DNA from: the human T2T-CHM13v2.0 reference genome, Homo sapiens
DNA length: 64,000 bases
NCBI RefSeq assembly: GCF_009914755.1
Contig: NC_060926.1
Strand: one strand, 5' to 3'
Position 1 is the first letter of the stretch, and every line of letters starts with the position of its first letter. Both the position numbers and the translations under genes were made by a program. The notes beneath the pieces were generated by a model. That model did no database searches and was not told the origin of the DNA. It saw only the letters and a program-made list of their open reading frames with translations. Of the stretch, positions 45,133-58,889 are shown piece by piece.

Positions 45133-45140
45133 CTCAGGGA
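45133..45140 (+). promoter_or_regulatory. miR-125/lin-4 8mer seed site (CTCAGGGA) in retrocopy 3'UTR
   Basis: Exact seed match at the position expected for the LIN28A site. Confidence 0.75.
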
Positions 45141-45180
45141 TAAGTCGGCAGCAGCTTGAGTTCTGCACAGCAGGAATACT

Positions 45181-46577
<1,397 letters not shown>

Positions 46578-46644
46578 AAAACTATACTTTTTGTTGTTTT
46601 TGCCACTGTGGAGATTTATTATTTGGAGTGCACAGCCTATTGAA

Positions 46645-46652
46645 CTACCTCA
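46645..46652 (+). promoter_or_regulatory. let-7 8mer seed site (CTACCTCA) in retrocopy 3'UTR
   Basis: 'gcacagcctattgaactacctca'. A second CTACCTCA lies at 47231-47238. Confidence 0.75.
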
Positions 46653-47821
46653 TTTCTACCAATGAGAGCTGGCTTTTCTGCCATAGTGTCCTCTTGAAAC
46701 CCCCTCTGCCTTGAAAATGTTTTATGGGAGACTAGGTTTTAACTGGGTTGCCCCATGACTTGATTGCCTCCTACTGGAAGATTGGGAATTAGTCTAAACA
46801 GTAAATGGTGGTACAGAGAGGCTAGGAGAGACTGGGCCAGGTGAAAGGCCCAGAGAAGAAGCCACGATTAGGTGAGGGGTGACTAATCCTAGGGCACAGG
46901 ACATGCTTTACACCCCAGTTCCATTCTTCACCAGATTAGGCTAGGCCTTCCATGCACGACAGGGTATGTGTGCTCATAAAACTGGAGTTGGTAAGGATAA
47001 GTTTTAAGACCAGTACCCTTATACTTAATCCTGTGCTGTCGAGGGATGGATATATGAAGTAAGGTATCCTTAACCTTTCAAAATTCATGGGTTCCAGGTA
47101 GACACATAAGCAAGGGCTTTGTGGTGCCTGGGACCTGCGTCCCGCCCTGCTGCAGTAGTGGTTAATATTGTCACGGTAGCTAAAGGAGAAAAAGGGGATT
47201 TCGTTTATATGCTGTGAGATCACCGCAAACCTACCTCACTGTGTTGAAACAGGACAAATGCAATAGAACGCATTGGGTGGTGTGTGTCTGATCCTGGGTT
47301 CTTGTCTCCCCTAAATGCTGCCCCCCCCCCAGTTATTGTATTTGTCTGGGCTTTATAGGATTTCACTAAATTGGTGATTGCTAGGTGGCCTAGTTTGTAT
47401 AAATATAATGTATTAGTCTTTCTCCGTGTTCTTTGGGGGTTTTGTTTACAAACTTCTTTTTGTATTGAAAGAAAAATAGCTAAAGCATCTTTGACAGAAG
47501 GTTCTATACCAGGCAAAAAGATCTGAAACATTAGTTTGGGGGGGCCCTCTTCTTAAAGTGGGGATCTTGAACTGTCCTTTGTTTTGTATTCCCCTTCCCC
47601 TATTACCTATTAGACCAGATCTTCTGTCCTAAAAACTTGTCTTCTATCCTGCCCTCTTTTCTGTTCATCCCCCAAAAGAAAACTTACACACCCACACACA
47701 TACACATTTAATGCTTGGAAAGTCTCCACAACTCTTAAACGATGTATGCAAAAATCCTGAAGAAGCTAAGAAAACCCTCCATCCCTTGTTCCCAACTTCC
47801 TGAGTCAAGACCATTACCCAT

Positions 47822-48130
47822 CCTTTCCCTTCCCTTTCCCCTTCCCCTTCCCTTCCCTTCATCTTGCTCTGTTGCCCAGGCTGGAGTGCAGTGGCATGCT
47901 CTTGGCTCACTGCAGCCTCCGCCTCTTGGGTTCAGGTGGTTCTCCTGCCTCAGCCTCCTGAGTGGCTGGGATTACACGCGCCCGCCACACCCAGCTAATT
48001 TTTGTATTTTTAGTGGAGATGGGGTTTCGTCCTGTTGTCCAGGCTGGTCTTAAGCTCCTGACCTCAAGTGATCTGCCCGCCTCAGCCTCCCAGGGTGCTG
48101 GGATTGCAGGTGTGAGCCACCGTGCCGGGC
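47822..48130 (-). mobile_element. AluS, antisense member of the LIN28A 3'UTR inverted Alu pair
   Basis: Antisense Alu body with tail converted to a (CCCTT)n-like tract. Multiple + strand A>G differences from consensus. Confidence 0.93.
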
Positions 48131-48178
48131 TGACCATTTCTTGATGTATTCATGCCAAACACTTAAGACACTGCTGTA

Positions 48179-48500
48179 GCCCGGGCATGGTGGCTCACAC
48201 CTGTGGTCCCAGCACTTTCGCAGGCTGAGGTGGGCGGATCATGTGTTCGGGAGTTCGGGACCATCCTGGCCAGCATGGTGAAACCCCATCTCTGCTAAAA
48301 TACAGAAGATTAGCCAGGTGTGGTGGCGCATGCCTGTGGTCTCAGCTGCTCGGGAGGGAGGCTGGGGCAGGGGAATCGCTTGGGCCAGGCGGTGGAGGGT
48401 AGGCGCATGGAGGTTGCAGTGGGCTGAGTTCGCGCCACCGCACTCCAGCTTGGCAACAGAGCGGGACTCCGTCTCAAAAAAAAAAAAAAAAAAAAAAAAA
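48179..48500 (+). mobile_element. AluS, sense member of the LIN28A 3'UTR inverted Alu pair
   Basis: Alu body plus A25 tail. Perfect 14-bp TSD AAGACACTGCTGTA (48165-48178, 48501-48514). Many A>G differences. Confidence 0.95.
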
Positions 48501-48995
48501 AAGACACTGCTGTATTTTGGATGGCTCAAACCTACTTAATTTTTACTCCTAAAGTAGAGAGATGCAACTGGGGGCCTTCCATGTAGAAATTGAGGTCAGC
48601 AGGCCAAGAAAGAAAATATGAATGTATATACAAGTCACTCAGGAACTTTTATACAGAAACTTATGTCAAAGTGGCCACAAGATTGTTTAATAGGAGACAA
48701 ATGAATATAACTCTATATTTACTGCTAGGAACCAAAGCTTTGTGTACAATCTTGAATTTATGGGGAGGGAGGGTAGGAAAGCCTGTAGCTGTCTGTTCTT
48801 TTCCTGATCCCTTTCCCTCATTCCTGAACTGCAGGAGACTGAGCCCCTTTGGGCTTTGGTGACCCCATCACTGGGGTGTGTTTATTTGATGGTTGATTTT
48901 GCTGTACTGGGTATTTCCTTTCCCATTTTCTAGTCATTTTTTTAACACATGCTGACGCTTCCATTTCCTTCTCCTTTCCCTGGGAAAATACAATG

Positions 48996-49005
48996 AATAA
49001 ATAAA
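48996..49005 (+). terminator. Overlapping AATAAA poly(A) signals of the LIN28A mRNA
   Basis: 'gaataaataaagg' about 25 nt upstream of the A-tail remnant. Confidence 0.85.
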
Positions 49006-49139
49006 GGCTTATTGGTACTCATACTGTAAAAAAAAATTCAGATGTTAAAAAACTTCTAATATATTATAAAACAGTCAAAATTTCCCCCAAGGAGTTAGCA
49101 AGGTCAAACATATGAACATATATACAAATATTTTAGTTA

Positions 49140-49425
49140 ATGGAACTGGAGGCCATTATCCTAACTGAAATATCTCAGAAACAGAAAGTCAAATACTTCA
49201 TGTTTCCACTTATAAGTGGGAGCTAAACAATGGGTACATGTGGTCCTACAGAGTGAAATAATAGACACTGGCGATTACAGAAGGTGGGAGGGTAAGAGGA
49301 GGGTCAGGCTCAAAAAAATTACCTGTTGGGTACAACGTTCGCTATTCAGAAGATGGGTATGCTAAAAGCCCAGACTTCACCACGACACAATGAATGTGAA
49401 ACCTGCACTTGTACTCTCTAAAAAA
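49140..49425 (+). mobile_element. L1PB/MA 3' end
   Basis: 'tggaactggaggccattatcc...ataagtgggagctaaacaatggg...aaacctgcacttgtac'. Confidence 0.85.
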
Positions 49426-49949
49426 AAGAAAAAATTCCCAAAACACCAAACACTAGATACATTTAAAACAGACACATGAAAATTATTAAAGTGTTCAGCT
49501 AACAATACAGTAAAAACTGTATTCATTTTAAAAAAACTTCCAACTTTTGTTTTTGATTTAGGGAATACATGTACAAGATTGTTATAAGGGTATATTGCAT
49601 GGCGCTGAGACTTGGGGAACCACTGAACCCGTTATCCAGATAGTGAGCATAGTATCCAGTAGGTAGTTTCTCATCCCTTACCCCACTTCCCTCCTTGCTC
49701 TAGTAGTCTCCAGTATCTATTGTTTCCATCTTTATGTCCATGTGTACCCAATACTTAGCTCCCTCTTGTAAGTGAGAACATGCGGTATTTGGTTTTCTGT
49801 TTCTGTATTAATTTGCTTAGGATAATGGCCTCCAGCTGCATCCACTACCACAAAGGACATGATTGATTTCATTCTTTTTTATTATTGTGTAGTATTCCAT
49901 AGTATGTACATACCATGTTTTCTTTTCTTTTCTTTCTTTTTTTTTTAAA

Positions 49950-50380
49950 CCCAGGGAACACCTGTATTTTTATATTTAGGTTCGATGAATGAACAGCCAT
50001 GCAGAAATGTGATTGGACACAAAGGATCTGGCCTAACAGTGATGGATGGAGTGGGGGAAACCCAGCAAGGCCACTCTGTACAATTCCCCTTCCCCTGGGT
50101 ATGGGGCGGGACCCCTCGGGAATGAGGGTCTTCCAGGGAGAAGGGAGAGAGTGACCTTGCTAGGTTTTATGGCTGGCTTTGGGAGAGAGGAGTTCTGGTT
50201 TCTATGACCTGCCTTGGGGAAAAAGAATTCTGGTTTCTGTGACTCACTTTCGGGGAGAAAAGGGGGCAGGAACCAGGAGGGAAGGACAAAGACCTGGCTT
50301 CTGAGGCCTTCCAGTCTCCTCTGGGTCAGAATAGTCCGCATGCCAAGGTGCCATACTTTGGGGTTTAATGAGCCCCGACA
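49950..50380 (-). mobile_element. ERV1 LTR (MER4/MER31-group-like), truncated just after its poly(A) region
   Basis: Minus strand begins TGTCGGGGCTC...CCCCAAAGTATGGCACCTTGGCATG. Typical 'gtgattggac...acccagcaaggcc' core. Confidence 0.7.
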
Positions 50381-51022
50381 GCAGGTCCTTGCAGATTTCA
50401 CAGGCAACTTGTGATCCAAGTAATTGGCTTTCAGTTCCCCAATTTCAGAGGACTTTAGCAAAACCTGGTTGAAATGGCCAAGTGTTAGAAGAACCTCTTC
50501 AAAGTTGAAATTCATTGAGTTCTTTAGCTGAGGGCGTAAGAATCCCAGATGTAAGGTTAGCAAGAGTTAGGAGTTCTGGAGTCTTCCCTGCATGCCCTGG
50601 CTCTTGAGCATCAGTAGGCCAGAAGCTCACATATCTGATCCTGCTGTGGTTCAACAGGGATGTGTTTTAGAGCAGCATGTTCAGAATGAAACTGGTGTAC
50701 TTAGTCAAGCCTTGAGGGTCTTCTGAAGTCATGCATGGCCCACGCTGCCCTCATGGGAACACAGGTGCTCCAGCACCTGATGTGTTCAGGACTAGGTTGG
50801 GGGAACCTTTAATCCTGAAAACATCCCCCTGCTGTCTAGACCAGCCTGCCCCATGGCACTATTCCATAGTGTGCATGTGCCACATTTTCTTTGTCCAGTC
50901 TACCATTGATAGGCACTAGGCTGATTCCTTGTCTTTGTTATTGTGAATAATGCTGCGATGAACATATAAGTGCATGTATCTTTTTGGTAGAACGATTTAT
51001 TTTCCTTTGGGTAGATACCTAG

Positions 51023-51384
51023 TGTGTTAGTCCATTCTCATGCTGCTATGAAGAAATACCCAAGACTGGGTAATTTATAAAGAAAAGAGTTAATCAACTC
51101 ACAGTTCCGTATGGCTGGGGAGGCCTCAGGAAACTTACAATCATGGCAGAAGGCACCTCTTCACAGGGTGGCAGGAGAGAGAATGAGTGCAAGCAGGGGA
51201 AATGCCAGACACTTATAAAACCATCACATCTCGTGAGACTCACTCACTATCACAAGAACAGTACAGGGGAAACCGTCCCCATGATCTAATTACCTGCACC
51301 TGGTCTGGCTCTTGACATGTGGGGATTATAGGGATTACAATTCAAGGTGAGATTTAGGTAGGGACACAGAGCTAAACCATATAC
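51023..51384 (-). mobile_element. MSTA/B-like MaLR LTR
   Basis: 'tgtgttagtccattctcatgctgctatgaagaaatacccaagactggg...gctaaaccatat'. Confidence 0.9.
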
Positions 51385-52299
51385 CCTGTAATGGGATTGC
51401 TTCATCAAATGGTAGTTCTATTTTTAGCTATTTGAGAAACCTCCAAACTGCTTTCCACAGTGGCTGGACTAATTTACATTCCTACCAACAGCATATAACT
51501 ATTCTCATTTCTTTGCAACCTCACCAACATTTGTTATTTTTTGACTTTTTAATAGCAGCCATTTTGACTGGTGTGAAATGGTATCTCATTGTGGTTTTGA
51601 TTTGCGTCTCTCTGATTAGTGAGGTTGAACACTTTTGCATATGTTTGTTGGCTTCTCATATGTCTTCTTTTGAGAAGTATCTGTTCATGTTCTTTGCCCT
51701 CTTTTTAATAGGGTTGTTTTTTGCTTGTTGATTTAAGTTCCTTAGAGATTCTAGATATGAGACCTTTGTTGGATGCATAGTTTGAGAATATTTTCTCCTA
51801 TTCTGTAGGCTCTCTTTACTCTGTTGATAGTTTCTTTTGCTGTGTAGCAGCTCTTTAATTAGGTCCCATCTTTCAATTTTTGTTTTCTTGCAATTACTTT
51901 TGAGGACTTAGTCATAAATTTTTACCAATGCCAGTGTCCAGAAGGGTATTTTCTACAATTTCTTTTAGGATTTTTATAATTTGAAGTTTTACATTTAAGT
52001 CTTTAATCCATCTTGAGTTAATTTTTATATATGATTATAGGTAGAGGTCTAGCTTCAATCTCTATATATGGTTAGCCAGTTATCCTAGCACCATTTTGAA
52101 TAGGGAGTCCTTTCCCTGCTGCTTATTTTGTTGACTTCGTCAAAGATTAGTTGGTTGTAGGTGTGCAGCTTTATTCCTGGGTTTTCCCTGCTGTTCCATT
52201 GTTCTACGTGTCTGTTTTTATACTAGTATCATGCCGTTTTGGTTACTGTAGCTTTGTAGTATAGTTTGAAGTTGGGTAATGTGATTACTCTGGATTTGT

Positions 52300-52610
52300 T
52301 CTTTTTTTTTTTTTTTTTTTTTTTGGATACAGAGTCTCACTCTATTACCCAGGCTGGAGTACAGTGGTGCCATCTTGGCTCAGTGCAACATTTGCCTCCC
52401 TGGTTGAATCAATTCTTGTGCCTCAGCCTCCCAGTAGTTGGGACTACAGGTGTGCACCACCATGCCCAGCTAAGTTTTTGTATTTTTTAGTAGAGACAGG
52501 GTTTTCCCATGTTGGCCATGCTTGTCTAGAACTCCTGGCCTCAAGTGATCCAACCACTTTGGCCTCACACAGTGTTGGAATTACAGGAGAGAGCCATCAC
52601 GCCTGGCCTG
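52300..52610 (-). mobile_element. Alu (J/S)
   Basis: T tail plus antisense Alu body. Confidence 0.92.
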
Positions 52611-53529
52611 GCTTTGTTGTTTTTTTATTTGCTTCAGATTCAAGCCTCTTTTTGGTTCAATATTAATTTTAGAATGGTTTTTCTAATTCTGTGGGAAATA
52701 ATGTTGGTAGCTTGATAGGAGTAATGTTTAATCTCTAGATTGCTTTGGGTAGTATGGACATTATAATGATATTAATTCTTCCAATCCATCAGCATGGAAT
52801 GTTTTCCCATTTATGTCATCTATGATTTCTTTCAGCACCGTTTTTTAGTTCTCCTCATAAAGATATGTCACCTTCTTGGTTAGATGTATTCCTAGATATT
52901 TTTTTTTTATGGCTATTGTAAATGGGGTTGTATTCTTGATTTGGCCCTCAGCTTGAATATTATTGGTGTACAGAAATGCTAGCGATTTGCATATTGATCT
53001 TATGTCCTGAAACTTTACTGAAGCCATTTTATCAGTTCTAGGAGACTTTTGGCAGAGTCTTTAGGGTTTTCTAGGTACAGGATCGTATCCTCCGTGAATA
53101 GAGATGATTTGACTTCCTCTCCTAGTTCTATGCCTTTTATTTCTTTCTCTTGACAGATTGCTCTTGCTAGGACTTCCTGTACTATGTTGAATAGGAATGG
53201 TGAGAGTAGGCATCCTTGTCTTGTTCCAGTTCTGGGAATGCTTCCAGCTTTTGCCTGTTCAAAAAAAAAAAAAAACAAAAAAACAACGGAACTAATCACA
53301 TAAGCTATGTTTAAGGGCATGACTCTAAGAAGCGTTTAAATCATTAAAAACTTCGTTACAAAACAAAAAAATTATAGCAATAAATGAATTGATTACTCAG
53401 TTACATAGGATCTTGCTACAAAAAAAGTGTTCTTATATAACACTATGGCATGCCAGGCAATGTTCTCAAGTTTTTTCCAAGCAGTATCATATATAGTTTT
53501 TCAAATATAAATATATAGTTTTGACTAAT

Positions 53530-54785
<1,256 letters not shown>

Positions 54786-55328
54786 CCAGGTACTATTATT
54801 ATTCCCACTTTGTAGATGAGGAATCTGAGGAACAAAGAGATTATGCAATTGCTCAAGGACACTCAGGTAGGAAGTGGGATAACTAGAAATTACATCCAGG
54901 CAACCTAACTTCAGATTCTCTTTGTTTTTTAAAAAGTTAAATATTTCAATATTTGTTAAAGATGATGTAAAGCTAACAGACATTAAATAAATATCTATAT
55001 CTATGTCTATATTTCATACCAATCCTGAATCTGTGCTTTTCATAATTTTCTTTGTCTTGATTCCTGACAGGAAAGTACACTTTAATTTGTCCTTGTTAAA
55101 ACTTGCTTTTGATTTGAGTATTGAGACAAAACCATGAGCAGAAGTGGACCAGGAGCAGCAAATCCATTTTGTAAAGATATTTTAATACATAATATATCCT
55201 ATTCTGTTCATGTCAACTGTGACACATTTCAAAGATTAGTTGGTAGAAATTGGTATTTAAAAATACTTATCAAAAGCCTACCATTTTATTTTTATATGTC
55301 TATACTCATATGCACGTGGAATAGCCAG

Positions 55329-55371
55329 TGAAATAAAACCTTCATTGGCAGTTAATGAAGGTTTTATTTCA
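55329..55371. repeat. Perfect 18-bp inverted repeat with 7-nt loop
   Basis: TGAAATAAAACCTTCATT-ggcagtt-AATGAAGGTTTTATTTCA. Confidence 0.95.
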
Positions 55372-56019
55372 TGTGCATGGTATTTAAGCAGGATCATAAT
55401 ACAAACATACTAACTTGAATGATGTATGAGTTAGGACTCTCTTGGTTGCATGTTGCAAAAACCCCAATCGGTATAAAGTAAATAGATACTTCTTGTCGGG
55501 AGGAGATTCTAAGATACAGTCAGAGGAATGAGTGATCAGAGAAGGACTATTATACAACAAATTTTTGAGAAAATATGTTTTAAAATGTTAGAACTTTTCA
55601 TCACTTTTCTCTGTACCACTCAGTTTACCTGCATCAGTATTTTTCTCTCAGCAAACTGGATTCCTTTCACTGTTCTCTCTGGTAGGGCTACTGATGGCTT
55701 CCAAACTTAACATATTAAAGCTTCAGGTACTATAAAGAGTCAAGGTGAATCTCTTGGAAAGTAACTCATTGACCCAGTTGGGTCAGCTGCCAACTCCTGG
55801 GTCAATTAATGCTGGCATAGTAGTTCTTATAGAAACCACAAGATAGAATGTGAGTCCCTGTTGAAGGTAAAGGACAGTTTCTAGAAGAAAGTTTTGGAAT
55901 GATATTTTCAGAAGAATGGGATGGTGACAGAAAATAAAAAAATAGCTTTCTATTTTAGAAATGAAAGATAAATACCAATATAAGGAAAATATTAATAAAA
56001 ATGACTGACATTAAATATA

Positions 56020-56363
56020 ATTTTATCTGCTTTATTAATGTGTAATTACAAAAAGTAAAAGTAAGCATTTTAAGTGTAGTTTGATGAATTTTTATGAACT
56101 TATATACTTAAGTTTCAATCACTACAGTCATGATGTAGACTATTTCAGCATCCCCAAAAGTTCTCTAGTGCCTCTTTGCAGTCAATCTCTTTTATTTACT
56201 TCCTAGTTCCTGACAACCACTGATCTGCTTTCTATTACTAAAGCTTTGTTTTTTTCTAGGATTTCATAGAAATGAAGTCATACAGTATGTAGTCTTTTTT
56301 GACTGGCTTTATTCACTTAGTATAATCCTTTGAGTTTCATCCACATTGTTGTACTGCATTAGC

Positions 56364-56418
<55 letters not shown>

Positions 56419-57915
56419 TTTTTTTTTTGAGACAGAGTCTTACTCTGTTGCCTAAGCTGGAGTGCAGTGGCACAATCTTGGCTCACTATAGCCTCTGCCT
56501 CCTGGGCTCAAGCCATCCTCCTACGTCAGCATCCCAAGAAGCTGGGACTACAGGTATCACACCCCACTAATTTTTGTATTTTTTGTAGAGACAGGGTTTC
56601 ACCATATTGCACAGGCTGGTCTTGAACTCCCAGACTCAAGCTATTGACTCACCTTGGTCTCCCAAAATGTTGAGATTACAGGCGTGAGCCACCATGCCCA
56701 GCCCCTTTCCTTTTTATTGTTGAAAATATTCTATTATATGGATATAATACATTATTTGTTCATTCATCAATTGATGGATTTCCAGTTGTTTCCTGCTAGA
56801 GTGTAATTGATATTTGTGTATTGATCTTGTAATACACATCTTATTAGTTATGAGTTTTTTTTGTAGATTTCTTCCTACATAGATAATCATGCCATCTGCA
56901 AATAAAGCTGGTGTAGTTCTTCCTTTTCAATCTGTATGTCTTTTATTTCTTTTAGTTCTCTTATTGCCTAGGCTAGTTCCTTTAGTACAGTGCTGAATAT
57001 AAATGGTGACAGTGGACATTCTTATTTCCAGTCTCAAGAGGAAAGTATACAGCTTTCTACTATTAAGAATAATGTCAATCAGTTTTTTTTTAAATACACT
57101 CTATCAGGTTGACAAAATTCCCTTCTTTTCCTAATTTGCTGAGAGTTTTTTTTTATCAGTGGATATTGAATTTTGTTAAATGCATTTTCTGCATCTATCA
57201 AGATGATTTTATGGTTTTTCTTCTTTACTCACTAATTATGATGAATTACATTTATTGATTAAAAAAGTTAAACCATATCTGGGATAAACATCACTTGGTC
57301 ATAGCATATTATTCTATTTATATATTGTTGTATCCATTTTGTTAATATTTTATTAAGGATTTTGTGTCTATTTTCATGAGAGATATTGGTCTATAGTTTT
57401 TTTTTGTCCAATGTGCTAAGATTCTGATTGTTATTGCACTGGATCTGTAGTCAATTTGGAGAGAACTGACATCTTGGTCTAGTTTTGCTAACAAGCTATT
57501 GGTTTCTTCTCAAAATGAATTAGGAAGTATTCTCTTTTTTATTTTTAAATGAGTTAGTGTGGAATTAGTATTACTTATCCCTTAATTGTTTTGTAGAAAG
57601 GAGTTCTATTTGAGGAAAGGGTTTTAACTACAAATTCAATTACTTTAACTGATATAAGGCTATTCAGGTTATACATCTCTTCTCTAGTGGCTCTGGTAGT
57701 TTGTATCTTTCAGTGATTTTGTTGTTATTGAAGCTAAGTTGTTGAATTCATTAGTGTAAGTTGTTTATAATATTACTTTATTATTTTAACGTTTGTAGAA
57801 TCTCCAGTAATATTCCCTTTTTCATTTCTGATATTGAAAATTTGTGTCTTTTCTTTTTTCTTGATTAGTCTAACTAGAGGTTTATCCATTTTATTATAAT
57901 TAAATAATCAACTTT
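56020..57915 (-). mobile_element. L1M fragments with nested AluJ (about 56365-56703, (TTTC)n tail)
   Basis: L1M 3'UTR/ORF2 antisense text and an antisense Alu body. Confidence 0.82.
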
Positions 57916-58840
57916 TAATTATAACTTTAATACAATTAAAAAGGTTTAGACTTTTGTAATTAAAATTGCAATAGAAATATAGACATCTGTGGATTAAAAA
58001 GTTTATAGAATGATGGTTCTGAACTAGAGCAATACATTTGTAATTTATTATTTTTTCTCCTGTTTTTATAGATCAAAGGTAACACTGCTTTCTTCAAAGT
58101 TATTTTTTTTTTTACCATTTGCTAACATATTTATAAAATATAGAAATAAGCTTCTATATTGTCATTCTATATACCTGACAAGGTTAACTTTTTACGATTT
58201 TCACACTTTTACCGTAGCAATCATAGTGAAACATTTCCTCTTCTTGTACAAAATGTGACATTCTCCATCTTCAAATTTCAAACCAAGATTGATGTACTCC
58301 CATGAAAAATCTGTGCTCCAAATAATTCAACATACTCTTCAAACCTCTGACAAAATCTTTGACCCATTTTATTTTTTCAAAGTCAGTTTCATAGTGATGT
58401 GTTAATATGTGCATCTGTGTGGGTGTGTGTGTGTGTCCATCCATGTTCATTAACAGGCATACATGCATATGTGTAAAACTGAAGAAACAAGGTTTTTCCC
58501 CATGAGATAGCCTCATCCTGGAGAATATAAGGGATTCTTATAAGAGCTTTTACAAGTAGTAATATCAAGGGAGTATTTTAATCTCTTGGTTAAGAACAGA
58601 CAGATATTTAGAGACTATCACTTTCAGTGAGGCCCTTGGCAGGCCAAGGGGACATATGCTGAAGAGGGGTAGAGGAGAGCGAAAGGGATAAATACAATTC
58701 TGTATAATAATGCAAATCAATAACCCCATGGTGAGAAGGAGCTTTCAAATGAAGAAAACTCCTTTTGCTCCTTGTTATAGGATTAGGCCATACTGTCTTT
58801 AAAAATTAATATTTTCCTTTGAAAGATGTGTTTCTATGTG

Positions 58841-58842
<2 letters not shown>

Positions 58843-58886
<44 letters not shown>
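58843..58886. repeat. (GT)n microsatellite
   Basis: About 22 GT units. Confidence 0.95.

Positions 58887-58889
<3 letters not shown>

Larger units (their letters stand above)
49535..53260 (-). mobile_element. L1PA/PB element (3'UTR plus ORF2 remnant) with nested insertions at about 49926-50859, 51023-51384 and 52300-52610
   Basis: Antisense L1 3' end. Minus-strand ORF2 remnants '[26 protein letters not shown]' and '[16 protein letters not shown]'. Confidence 0.9.

Noticed and set aside
47822-48500. APOBEC3 editing or CpG decay as the cause of the Alu divergence
   Set aside because: Both give G>A or C>T changes, whereas the excess seen is A>G on one strand.
50033-50563. 176-aa minus-strand ORF
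   Set aside because: TTG start, two-thirds of it runs through LTR sequence, and it has no recognisable domain.
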